Origin: Meyerozyma guilliermondii
Taxonomy: Eukaryota
Assembly (NCBI GenBank): GCA_051546255.1
Contig: CP128820.1
Coordinates: forward strand, 620,001 to 684,000
Reading direction: 5' to 3'
DNA length: 64,000 bases
In this document: positions 39,544-50,284 of the stretch, one piece after another
Layout of the letters: every line of letters starts with the position of its first letter
Numbering within the stretch: the first letter of the stretch is position 1
Position numbers and translations under genes: made by a program
Notes under the pieces: model-generated
What the model was told of the DNA's origin: nothing
What the model saw: the letters and a program-made list of their open reading frames with translations, nothing else
The model's database searches: none

Positions 39544-41091
39544 TTAAAGGTCGTGTAGACAGACATCAGGAAACTCTTCCTCTTCACCGCTGATCCCTCC
39601 GGCGAACTTGTGCTTGCAGCCCCAAGATTTCACTGGGAACCACCAGTAAGCCAACGCCCAGATGAGATAGATGGCAACCACCACCGAAACATAGTTCATG
39701 GTTCCAGGAGTTACTGGCATAAATGATGGGAACGAGAAGAAGACCAACGCAAAGATAGCCCACGCGCAGGTCATGATATTGGCAAAAAGACCAATGTGAC
39801 CCATCCAGAATGGACCACGACGGATATTGTTACGGCCTCGGTACAACAAACATGCGGTAGGGACCAAGTAACTCAATAATAAAAAGGTGATACAGCCGGT
39901 AACCATGGAATTGAAAGCAGCATCAGACACCAAATAAAGGCATCCCAACACTGCAACCCAGAACGAAGAGAATAAGTGAGCATTTAATGGAACTCCAAGC
40001 TTTGGGTCGACTCTCGACAAGTACTTGGAAAAGGGCAAACCGTGGTCTCTGGCGAAAGACCAGCATAACCGTGCTTGCCAAGTATGACTTGAGATGGTAC
40101 AACCGCAGGCTGTCAAAAGAATAAGAAAACCAAGACAAAGCGCACCAGCTTTGTTACCCAAGGCCTGGTAGTAGATGTCCAAAATGGGCATTCCCGTACC
40201 GTTATTAATAATATCACTCAAGTTGTGGATCGAGAAGAACATGGCGATGGAGTAGGTGAACGAGGTCACGAAACCAATGGTTACCGTACCCAAGATAGCA
40301 ATGGGGATATCAGTGGCAGGGGTGTTGGTCTCTTCGGCCAAATGGGTGGCCGAGTCCAAGCAGGAAAAACTCCAATTGGGGTTGATTAAACCGACAATAA
40401 ATGCAATTCCAGCGGTAGACCAACCGGTAGCATTTTCGAATTTGACAAATACAAAGTCAGCATTCTGGTAGTGTCCACGAGAGCACACCAACACGGTAAT
40501 GGTGATGACTACGTACGAGAAAAGCGAAGTGTACAAGGCACAATTGGCGATGGTTGGAAGTGCTTTTCCGTAGCAATTGAACATGACCAAAAACAAATTG
40601 ATGAGCTGGTAAATGACAAAAAGCTGCCATTTTTGAGTGACATGGTCTGGGTGTTTGAGGACCCAAAATGCCATGATTTCATTGGCAATACTGAGTGCCA
40701 AAGAAGCCGACGTGAAAAGCGAACCAGCCCAAGCAAGAGACCCACAAAGATACGCCAAAAAACTTGAGTGCTTGCGAGGGGATAATACTCGTGTCCACAC
40801 GTACTGTCCTCCAGCCAGGGGAATGGCAGAACTCATTTCAGACAAGGTAATACCAATACAGTAAGAAATAAAGGCAATGATGATGATACCATAGATGATG
40901 AGCATGGGTCCACCGGACTGGATACCAGTAATTAAAGAAGCAGAGATACCAAACCACGAGTTGGTGAGTCCGAAACCGATTCCTAGAATCGACCACACGG
41001 AAAAAGTCCGCTTGAGCTCACCTTGCCGACTCGAGGGAATGACAGATACGCCTTCCTCGAGGCCCTTGTTCAATTTAGCTTCAAAAGACAT
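39544..41091 (-). CDS. HNM1: Choline/ethanolamine permease (APC, ACT family)
   Basis: 'FSVWSILGIGFGLTNSW', 'AGGQY.W', 'WSFSCLDSATHLAEE', 'TWQARLCWSFARD', 'MNYVSVV'. Confidence 0.9.
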   Translation of the reverse strand: MSFEAKLNKGLEEGVSVIPSSRQGELKRTFSVWSILGIGFGLTNSWFGISASLITGIQSGGPMLIIYGIIIIAFISYCIGITLSEMSSAIPLAGGQYVWTRVLSPRKHSSFLAYLCGSLAWAGSLFTSASLALSIANEIMAFWVLKHPDHVTQKWQLFVIYQLINLFLVMFNCYGKALPTIANCALYTSLFSYVVITITVLVCSRGHYQNADFVFVKFENATGWSTAGIAFIVGLINPNWSFSCLDSATHLAEETNTPATDIPIAILGTVTIGFVTSFTYSIAMFFSIHNLSDIINNGTGMPILDIYYQALGNKAGALCLGFLILLTACGCTISSHTWQARLCWSFARDHGLPFSKYLSRVDPKLGVPLNAHLFSSFWVAVLGCLYLVSDAAFNSMVTGCITFLLLSYLVPTACLLYRGRNNIRRGPFWMGHIGLFANIMTCAWAIFALVFFSFPSFMPVTPGTMNYVSVVVAIYLIWALAYWWFPVKSWGCKHKFAGGISGEEEEFPDVCLHDL

Positions 41092-41321
41092 GAGTAGAAA
41101 GAGTGCTGAAAAGGGGTCTTTGTAAAGGTTTGGGAAAGGGTTTGGGGTATTAGGGTATCTGTAAAGGTTGATCTAGTTAATTGCACGCGATAAATTTTAA
41201 TTTAAATTTTTTTCGCTGAAATCAGTGGTATCTGTGTGCACTCCCGAACTCAGCAACCGGTGCCCCGCAGACGGCTCATCCTCGCGGTGTCTTCATCTTT
41301 ACACAAGTTTTTTCTGGCGCC

Positions 41322-43826
41322 ATGCAATACGTGGGCAAAGTTGGAGGCTATGTCTACAACCAATGGAGCTCGCTCAACCCGGCAACTCTTCTGGGAGCCA
41401 TAGACATCATTGTGGTAGAAACTCCTGATGGTTCTTTGCACTGCTCACCGTGGCATGTTCGGTTCGGCAAGTTTCAAATCATCAAACCGCTGCAAAAAAA
41501 GATTGATTTGTATGTCAATGACATGAAAACAGACCTCCCCATGAAGTTGGGAGAGGGTGGAGAGGCATTTTTTGTGTTTGAGAGCGAAAACAATGACCTT
41601 ATTCTGTCCTCGGCATTGACGTCGCCGGTGATTTCCGCTGCATCTTCACCGGAAGCTTCGCCTTCCAACTCGCCTCCAGGGCTGCCGCGCCCGACAACAC
41701 GAGAAAGTTTTCTGCTTGACAACGAAAAATTGGACCTCAATGCCGGACCTCAGCTTCGTCCGGCTAGTCCTACTCGTGCAACAAGTCCATCTCGTGCAAC
41801 AAGCCCTTCACGTTCCAGCGTCAGTGCCGACATCGAGTCCAAAATAGAGCTCTCGCCTTCTCCCGCACATACTCCCCGTGTGTCTCCGTCGCCATCAATG
41901 CAGCTGAAAATTGCATTTGAGCGTGCCAAGCGTCTCACCAAGCAACTTAATATTCCGTCCAAAGTGGATGTAAACGGAGACATGGTTCTAGATATGGACG
42001 GGTACAAGCCCAACGCACAGCGGAACATCGACAACAGCGATGAGCTCTTTCAAACCATATTTATGCGTGAGATCAACGATCTTACCGGAAACACCTCTTC
42101 CACCACCTCGGACAAAAACCAACATGATCCTGATGCCGAGGGAGAGTACCGGCTTCTTGACCAGATAATTGTCAAGGACAAGGACGGAAATATCCGCATT
42201 GTCAACCACGGCGACACCGGCGACTTGGGCGAAGATATGCATGAAGAGGACATCTCTCTGGAAGGCTTGATGTACCCGCAAGAACTCCCATCCAGCAGCG
42301 TTGAACGCGGAGACGACAGAACATACTTCAAGACGTTGCGGCTCACGTCCGAGCAACTCCAAGGTATGAAACTCAACTACGGAGAAAACAAGCTCACCTT
42401 CAAGCTCAACCAGGGCAACTCCATGATCGAATCTTCATTATTTTTGTGGAAGTCAACCACGCCTATCGTTATTTCCGATATAGATGGCACCATCACCAAG
42501 TCCGACGCTTTGGGCCATGTTCTCAATCTCTTCGGCCGTGACTGGACCCATCCTGGTGTAGCCAACCTTTTTCTGGACATCAACAAAAACGGTTATAATA
42601 TCATGTACTTGACCGCTCGTTCTGTTGGACAGTCGGATTCAACTCGCCAGTACTTGAGAGGAATCGTCCAGGACGGCACAAAGCTACCACCGGGACCGGT
42701 CATTTTGAGTCCTGATAGAACTATGGCAGCGTTACGAAGAGAAGTGATTTTGAAAAAACCAGAGGTTTTCAAAATGGCGTGCTTGAATGATATCCGTGGT
42801 CTCTACTATAACGTTGAAAGCGAGAAGGACGATCGAACTCCATTCTATGCTGGCTTTGGTAACAGAATAACAGATGCCATCAGTTACAGATCTGTTCATA
42901 TACCCTCTCACCGAGTATTCACCATCAACCCCAACGGTGAAGTTCATATGGAGTTGCTTGAATTGGCAGGTTACAAGTCCCTGTATCTTCATATTGGAGA
43001 GCTAGTGGATCACTTTTTTCCACCTATCAAGAGAGTAAGCACAACTACTGCTTACAATGATAACCAGTTCAACCAATACATTCATAACAAGCAGGACGCC
43101 TCACCACCGGGCTCTCCTCGCAGTATAGGAAGTTTTGAGGAGATTGCCGATATCAAAACCGACGAAAAATTCAATGATGTTAATTACTGGCGAGACCCAT
43201 TATACAGTTTGAGTGATCTCAGCGACGAAGTCGAAGATGAAGATATGGAGGAGGAACCTATGGATCATACACCGTCGTCCCCAGGACTGGAAATTGACGG
43301 AGAAAGCTCCAAAAAATCTCGACCACTTTCGGGGACATTTTCGTCACCATTAAAGAGTTTCATGAAATTTGGAAACAGCAGTGAGAGAACCACAAAGAAA
43401 AAAGTTGCCGAGTATGGAGCACATGTGGACACTCCTAGTCGATACAGTGATAGAGAGTCTCAAAAATTCCGTGAAAAGTGGGCTGATGGTAACTCTGACG
43501 ACGACGAAGAAGATGACGATGACTACGTGGATGATGAAGATGAGGATCTAGACGACGACTATACTGATGATGATTACGACGAAGATGCCGAAGACGACTA
43601 TGAGGACGACTACGATGAAACAGGAGAAATCGAGCAACCTGAACTTGAAGAAATTGACGAACTTGACTTTGATGATGGAATTCCACCAGAAGAAAAGGAA
43701 AGAGCCCAAAAAGCCAAAGGTTACTCTCCTGATGCACAAGAGTCTGAAAAGTTGTCGGAGAATTTGCGCAAGGAAATGGAGAAGTTGAAGGTTGTTGAAG
43801 AGATTGCTGGAACTAAAATTGCATAG
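41322..43826 (+). CDS. PAH1: Lipin / phosphatidate phosphatase
   Basis: N-LIP 'MQYVG..NPATL[S]GAID..SPWHVRFGKF', catalytic 'DIDGTITKSD', 'FYAGFGNR', acidic tail. Confidence 0.95.
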   Translation: MQYVGKVGGYVYNQWSSLNPATLLGAIDIIVVETPDGSLHCSPWHVRFGKFQIIKPLQKKIDLYVNDMKTDLPMKLGEGGEAFFVFESENNDLILSSALTSPVISAASSPEASPSNSPPGLPRPTTRESFLLDNEKLDLNAGPQLRPASPTRATSPSRATSPSRSSVSADIESKIELSPSPAHTPRVSPSPSMQLKIAFERAKRLTKQLNIPSKVDVNGDMVLDMDGYKPNAQRNIDNSDELFQTIFMREINDLTGNTSSTTSDKNQHDPDAEGEYRLLDQIIVKDKDGNIRIVNHGDTGDLGEDMHEEDISLEGLMYPQELPSSSVERGDDRTYFKTLRLTSEQLQGMKLNYGENKLTFKLNQGNSMIESSLFLWKSTTPIVISDIDGTITKSDALGHVLNLFGRDWTHPGVANLFLDINKNGYNIMYLTARSVGQSDSTRQYLRGIVQDGTKLPPGPVILSPDRTMAALRREVILKKPEVFKMACLNDIRGLYYNVESEKDDRTPFYAGFGNRITDAISYRSVHIPSHRVFTINPNGEVHMELLELAGYKSLYLHIGELVDHFFPPIKRVSTTTAYNDNQFNQYIHNKQDASPPGSPRSIGSFEEIADIKTDEKFNDVNYWRDPLYSLSDLSDEVEDEDMEEEPMDHTPSSPGLEIDGESSKKSRPLSGTFSSPLKSFMKFGNSSERTTKKKVAEYGAHVDTPSRYSDRESQKFREKWADGNSDDDEEDDDDYVDDEDEDLDDDYTDDDYDEDAEDDYEDDYDETGEIEQPELEEIDELDFDDGIPPEEKERAQKAKGYSPDAQESEKLSENLRKEMEKLKVVEEIAGTKIA

Positions 43827-45019
43827 ATCAATCCCACTGGGGCACTTCTGAGTCTTGGTAAATGCTTATATTCTGACTATCTGGTAATTTCAACTAAACA
43901 CCATAATACCAGAATACTCAATCCTGTTTCAAATAATAAGCTACTACTTCAGATCAATATTTTCTATAATATTTTCAAGAAATATTCATAATACCTACAT
44001 AAAAAATACTGAAAAAATATGGATAACAGAATAAGGCACAGTTTGATAAGTCTTAAAATATGTATGGACACCCTCTAAGCAGTTTCGGATGCAGTTAATG
44101 GTCTAAAGGTTTGCAAATTAATCAAGACATTTCAACACTTATTTAGCCTTAATGTGACTCTCATAATCATGTTATCAGCCACACATCAAACCTGAAACTG
44201 AAGGTGATCATATGGAAAATATTGTTAATTGTGGCATTACCTCGGTTCAAAAATGAAGCACGGCTGCTTTAATTGTTTTGTCATCATCAGTAGAATTGTG
44301 TAGCTTCGAATGAGTTTGAGATATTTAATGAAAAACTGAAAGTGGTACCTGTGTGATGGCAGTTCTCTCTGCTTTGGGATTATTCGTGTTTCGTTTCTCT
44401 CATTTTATGGTCCAAGCCATCCAGTAAAAATATTTCATTGATACAATAATTTGCAAGCGATCGGCACCAGTAATAACATGTCAACGCTTACAAACCTCAC
44501 ATATGAAGGGTTTTCATCTCAATAATTAAAGACTGAGCATGTACGTCTTAGTGCTCATCCCAATCTGATATGCAAAAAATGAACCGTTTCCGCTTTGTAC
44601 TGAACAATTGTTATACACGAGTAGGAGGCTGATGGAATTGACCCACTTCAGTATCATGCATCTCAACAACAAAAAGAAAAGAGTGATGGCCACAATTCTG
44701 CTCGCTGAAATTTGCTGCTGCAATTCGTGCATTGTCAATTCATGCGATTTCCCTTTTTGGAATTTTGCAGCCTACTTCATACCAGCGATTTACTGAAACA
44801 CGGAGACATGCTCAAGTATAACTCGTAAGCTTAGAAAGGCTTTTACAACGAGTTGTCTGGAACCAACATAACAGACTCTGAAGGTCTGGCAATGGGTCTG
44901 GCAATGCAATGAGGTGAACGTTCCATAAAGCAGCTTGCCAAGAACATAAGAACAAATTTAAAGGACACTTTGATAACAATCCGAGTTGGAGAGTTCATCT
45001 ATTGAATCCTTGGACAAAG

Positions 45020-45568
45020 TCAAGACTTATTAATAGGGTTGAAGCAAATTGAAGTTGGTCCTTGCAGCAGCGTTGAAATCAAATTCTCAGTATTTTCATC
45101 CAGGTCGCTTGCAAAATCTTCATCCGGGGCGCTCTCGTCTTCATCCAGGTCACCATCACGACCATCATCAAACAAACGGGGACCAAAGGATTGGGTTATT
45201 GTGTTATTTGGCTGCAATTTAACTTTGAGAATCGCAGCTCTGTTTCTCAACGATTTAACAAAGTCTTCAGTGAAACCAGCGGCGGACATCACTATGTCAT
45301 AGAGATCTTGGTGATAAGTAGAAATGTATAGTATCATGGGCCCAGTATTAATGACTGTTGAATTTGGAAGAGTTATTACCATATTGCTGATATGAACATC
45401 AGCCTCGGTATTCACCACTGTGCCGTAGTGGGGAGTTGAGCCATTCGCCAGGGTAATAACCACGTCAATATTGCTCATATCAATATCAACATCATGCCAC
45501 ATGTAACTCTCAGAAAAGGGATAGCTCGCGGCAACGGTCATCCACAATACAATGCTTAAAAGGAACAT
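45020..45568 (-). CDS. Orphan small secreted protein, paralog A of an inverted pair
   Basis: 182 aa, signal-peptide-like N-terminus, N-glycosylation sequons, TATAAATA just upstream. Highly similar to 46335-46868 with many third-position differences. Confidence 0.75.
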   Translation of the reverse strand: MFLLSIVLWMTVAASYPFSESYMWHDVDIDMSNIDVVITLANGSTPHYGTVVNTEADVHISNMVITLPNSTVINTGPMILYISTYHQDLYDIVMSAAGFTEDFVKSLRNRAAILKVKLQPNNTITQSFGPRLFDDGRDGDLDEDESAPDEDFASDLDENTENLISTLLQGPTSICFNPINKS

Positions 45569-46334
45569 TCAAACTGACTTTAGTATTTATATCATCAGTG
45601 TGGAAATTTGAAGAAACACCGTCACTTATTTAGACTGTAATTCAATGAAGTAACAAATGTATTTGGATTGAAAGCAGTAAGCCATCGGCTGATTATATGG
45701 TTATCCTTTACCTTGGGTGTAGTGATGAATGGAACCACTTCTATTAATAGTCTTGCGATATTTCAACAAGCTTTCTATACTCTCAATTTGAGCTATTCTA
45801 GGCTCAATAAAGTGATCTTTTGATTGTATTAATTCACTTTACTAATTGGCTGATGTCTTGCCTCTGTTCTCTTAAGTTAGCTGAGGTCGGCAAAGCTGAA
45901 CTTCGTTTCAGTGAAGCAATTCAGGAGAATTTGTGCCACATAAGTGAGGCTTTTCTCCGCGTTATCGCTATTCCTGCATCTAATCACAGTCTGAAATCTC
46001 CCAGTTTAAATTTCGATATTGTTCACGACAGTGCCATCGTTCTGGCACTACCATATTCGTTACAAGGCCACATTCTTTGTTCCTTCAAAGCTCTCGATTA
46101 CAGACTTTATCTTCAAGTTTTGTCAGCTTCAACTACGCTAGTAAATTAAAGTTTCACGACGCCGGTCACGTTCAAATGCCGCAACCAAAGGAATAGGTTG
46201 GACTTAGACACCAGTGGCTTAAAACGCACAGAATCGCCAATAGTGGCTTCCTGTATGTCATCAAAATTTGCTTCACGGGAACCATAGCATATTTAAGAGG
46301 GTTGACAATTTATCGATTCATATAAATAGTTCAG

Positions 46335-46868
46335 ATGCTCATCTTATATGCTATATTTTGGTTCACCGTGGCCTCGAGTCATCCTTTTTCATCGAGTATC
46401 CTGTGGTACGATGCCGAAATTGATATGAGTAACATCGACGTAGTTATTACCTTGACGAATGGATCGACCCCCTACTATGGGATAGTGGTGAATACCGAGG
46501 CTGATGTCCATATCAGCAATATGGCTATAACTCTTCCAAACTCAACAGTGATCAATACTGGCCCAATGATACTGTACATTTCTACTTATCATCAAGATAT
46601 CTATGATATAATTATGCCCGCGGCAGGTTTTACTGAAGACTTTATCAAATCGTTGGGAAACAACGACGGTCAGATTATCAAAGTCAAGTTGCAGTCAAAT
46701 AACACAATAACCCAATCCTTGGGTCCGCTATTGGCACCAACTGATGATGATGATGATTATGAGAGCGATCCGGAAAGGGATTTTGCAAGCGACCTGGATG
46801 AGATCATTGAGAGCAATATGAATTCGACGCCCATTCCAATTTACTACAACCCCAGTTATAAGTCTTGA
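46335..46868 (+). CDS. Orphan small secreted protein, paralog B of an inverted pair
   Basis: 177 aa; shares 'IDMSNIDVVIT', 'VVNTEADVHISNM.ITLPNSTVINTGPMI', 'AAGFTEDF.KSL' with paralog A; TATAAATA at about 46321. Confidence 0.75.
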   Translation: MLILYAIFWFTVASSHPFSSSILWYDAEIDMSNIDVVITLTNGSTPYYGIVVNTEADVHISNMAITLPNSTVINTGPMILYISTYHQDIYDIIMPAAGFTEDFIKSLGNNDGQIIKVKLQSNNTITQSLGPLLAPTDDDDDYESDPERDFASDLDEIIESNMNSTPIPIYYNPSYKS

Positions 46869-48114
46869 CAATCATACAAGTGTGTCATTTGACGGTCAGA
46901 TATAATTACTGGAAGTAAATGTGACATGAAAACTCTCCACCTTGGAACTGATGCAGATATTCTCTAATTTTGTTCTGACTACGAGCGACTTTATTAAGAT
47001 GTGAGCCAGGCTCAATCGAGATTTACGAAGTACATGAAGATGGTGAGAGATGGCACAAACGTGAATTTGTACAGATTCCCAGCACTTTCAATTCGGCACT
47101 GAAGTCGTCGTTATCGCCTAAACATCCAAATTAGCTCACAATTACTCCGCAACCATTTCTTGATAATTGGCCCACCTAAGACTTCTAATCCACTTAAAGA
47201 TCAATTACTTGACCTTCGTCTGTTTCAGAATACTTAAAGCCCATACAAATTATCACACGGAATATCTCACTATGAGATCTCTTGGCCTGTGACGATATAA
47301 AATCAGGATTACATACGAAGAAATTCAGCTATCAATCTTGACTTTTGAAGTCTGTTGGTAGTCAAATTGACCAAAAAGAATCAGTTTCGCGCTGGATCTC
47401 AAATTCGTATACTTGATCGATCGATCTATTTCTAGATTGAAAAAAATGACAAGTTGTGCCATTGACTGATATGCTTAGATCATTACTAGCTGTAATTCAA
47501 TTGAAGAGCATTTTGGCACTAAGACAGAAATACCGAAACTACAACTACAAATCTAATCACAAAACATAAATCTCATCTTGATTTATGCCGCGAACGTCTG
47601 ATTTTTGTTCCTTTTAAGCCACCCTACATCGCAACGCCAAAAATACCGCACCGCGGAACCCTTACTGGTTTTGGGCGACCACGGGCATAACCAGCACGTG
47701 AGCCGGGTTAATTCTTTTCGTGTAGCTCCAACTGTTAGAGATAGTAACTGAATAATGAAGACGAGAATCTAGAAACATAGCCGCTAGCGGTAGCACTCAC
47801 TATTATATTCCATTCCCATCTCGGCTTATTTTGGTCTTTTTTGGCTTTCGCCTTATTTTTTGGCTTATTTTTAGCGTCGTGAAAAATCCAAATTATTAAT
47901 TAAGGTCCTGCGCCTCTCCGGATTCGTGGATCTCTGTGTGCATTCAAAAAATAATTGCACACGATGGATAATGCACGTTTGTCAGGCGCTCGTAATTGCG
48001 ACACGTTCTACTTCTTTATAGTTGTGACGTACCTTCTTGCTAATCGCTAACAACTTTCGTACCGTTCCTTTCAAGCCGCACAATTGCAACCTGGTACACC
48101 AGTAGTCCATATCC

Positions 48115-50109
48115 ATGCTACAACTCAATCGAAGATTAGTGTTGCTCGTGGCAATCTTGGGGCTTCTGGGATTGTTGATTGTCATCAGTCTGACAAAACC
48201 AGATTCATCTTACAGTTTTCACGACATAGTTCAGCATGCCCAAGACCACTTACGTCCGGCTCCAAACCTGGCTACCGACTCCAAAGTGGTGGATAGCAAC
48301 AGTGTGATTTTCCCCACCCTGTTCGACAAAACGCCCGATCTTCAACAGTTTTATTTTTCACATTTTCCAGCGGCAGCAGCCAAGAACAAAAATGCAAAGT
48401 TTGTCGCCGGCGCACCATCCAACTCCATATTTCCCAAGGTGCCTGAGCTCGAGATGAAGCCCCATGTGGTGAATGTCTTCTTGGCTGGCGATGGCCAGAA
48501 AGAATTGGCAGACGACAAAAGACCAGCCAAGTGCGAGTCGTTCAGAAAAGAATTGGCGGTGGAAGTTTCAAAACCCATTTCCAAGAACATTCCTATCGAA
48601 GCGCTTATCAAGCGCCTTCTCAAAGAACCCACTTCATACATGAAGGAGTTTCTTCCCTTTTTCGCAGAAGACATCAAAAAGCAGTTTGCTGAAAAAACCA
48701 TCAAAGACCACTGGTACAGGCTCGCAGGCTCATCTGTGTGGCTCGAAAGCCACCGAGTTCATTTCATGATCTCAAGGTTGGTGTACTCCAAAAGAGGCGC
48801 TCGAAATGCTCCAAATTTCAGCATGGTGCTCGCCCAAGTGTTCGATGAAAATTGGAACGAAATCAATGGAGCCGAGCTCGTGGTGCCCACCAACAACCCA
48901 GACGTTGGAAATGAACAGGAATCACCCAACGAGCAGAAATACCGGGTTATGAAGTTTCCGTCTTTGTTGCCCATTCCTGCCTATCTCAATGTCAACCACC
49001 AAGACAACCGCTACTACGGACCTGAAGACTCCAGGATACTCTTGGTCCGCAATCCCGCCGGCTACGACGAGCCACTCATAGTATTCAATGCTTACCACCG
49101 CAAGATCATTGAGTCCAAGTCGGAAAAAGAAGACGAAATCAACTTGAAATACGGGTTCTATAGGTCCATGTTTGTCGCTTGGCCATGGCAACAGCAACGA
49201 GGAAAGCAGAATATGGAGGACCTCGCAGACAAGGAATTCGACAAAAATTTGTACACTCGAGCCGTTGAATTGAGACGAGAGAACATGCCTCGTATTGCAA
49301 CCCAGAAGAACTGGACACCATTTGTGAGCTCCAATGACCGGACCAAATACGGATACGACAAGTATGCATACTTCATCTATCGGTGGTCTAACATGGAGGT
49401 TTTGCGATGCGATTTGACAGAAGTCACTGCCAAGTATTCCAACTGTAAGTTTGTTTATCGTATGGACGACAAGCTTCCCGACTCCGCAAGTGTCGGACCC
49501 ATGAGAGGCGGAACCAACCTTTACAATATCAACGAGCTTCTTCAAAGCCATTCGAAAAATTCTGAGGTTGTCTCACTTTTATCGCAAATTCCTCGAGAGA
49601 GAGAAATATGGATGGGATTTGCCAGAGCACATATCAAGAACTGCGGGTGTGGCAAGGACATGTACCGTCCCAATTTTGTGGTCATGACCAGAGACGGAGG
49701 AGACAAGTACCAAATTAGCCATATCAGTTCGTTCACTTCTTTGAATGTTCCTGTTGCTGGATGGGACATCAATAATCCTGGAAAAGCATGTCAAGACGGT
49801 CAGCCGTCGGCGTTCATACCCAACGGAATCTCGTCGTGGACCATCAGCAAGGACCATAACCAAGTTGGATTTAGTGACGATCTTACCATGGCTTTTTCCA
49901 TATCCGATGTGTCGGTGGAAATCGTTCATATCCGCAATATTCTCTCATCTTTCGTCCTGCTCGACAGCAAAAATAGCAACTTGGTGGGGCCTGTCTTTGG
50001 CATGTCTTCGCTTCCTCCATCAGGTTTCGACAACTTTAATATTGAGTGTGCACTTGAGGGCTCGAAGAAGATGTGCGCCGAGTTTGGCAAGGAGCACGAA
50101 AACGATTAA
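48115..50109 (+). CDS. Beta-1,2-mannosyltransferase, BMT family (GT91), copy 1
   Basis: N-terminal TM; 'WYRLAGSSVWL..VHFMISR', 'GPED.RILL', 'QKNWTPF', 'RGGT', 'CGCG..MYRPN', 'IPNGISSW'. Confidence 0.92.
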   Translation: MLQLNRRLVLLVAILGLLGLLIVISLTKPDSSYSFHDIVQHAQDHLRPAPNLATDSKVVDSNSVIFPTLFDKTPDLQQFYFSHFPAAAAKNKNAKFVAGAPSNSIFPKVPELEMKPHVVNVFLAGDGQKELADDKRPAKCESFRKELAVEVSKPISKNIPIEALIKRLLKEPTSYMKEFLPFFAEDIKKQFAEKTIKDHWYRLAGSSVWLESHRVHFMISRLVYSKRGARNAPNFSMVLAQVFDENWNEINGAELVVPTNNPDVGNEQESPNEQKYRVMKFPSLLPIPAYLNVNHQDNRYYGPEDSRILLVRNPAGYDEPLIVFNAYHRKIIESKSEKEDEINLKYGFYRSMFVAWPWQQQRGKQNMEDLADKEFDKNLYTRAVELRRENMPRIATQKNWTPFVSSNDRTKYGYDKYAYFIYRWSNMEVLRCDLTEVTAKYSNCKFVYRMDDKLPDSASVGPMRGGTNLYNINELLQSHSKNSEVVSLLSQIPREREIWMGFARAHIKNCGCGKDMYRPNFVVMTRDGGDKYQISHISSFTSLNVPVAGWDINNPGKACQDGQPSAFIPNGISSWTISKDHNQVGFSDDLTMAFSISDVSVEIVHIRNILSSFVLLDSKNSNLVGPVFGMSSLPPSGFDNFNIECALEGSKKMCAEFGKEHEND

Positions 50110-50284
50110 TGGACTAGCCGGGGAAATAGTATAAAATACCACGGCTCACGACAATGACTTGTATAAACTGTAGATGAGAAGAATGTGTGTAGTCGTCGAT
50201 GGTTTCCGCCGGCAGCCGCAGCGAACCGCAGCACCGCAGTTTTGCAATCATTGCACTATCAATTCGCGGTGCGCACACGAGATA

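Noticed and set aside
45820..46149. 109-aa ORF in the spacer of the inverted pair
   Set aside because: TTG start and no motif; cannot be supported as a gene.
45020..46868. Inverted repeat read as transposon TIRs or as a firm centromere call
   Set aside because: The arms are intact ORFs diverged mainly at synonymous sites; no transposase or target-site duplication is seen; centromere status cannot be shown from sequence.
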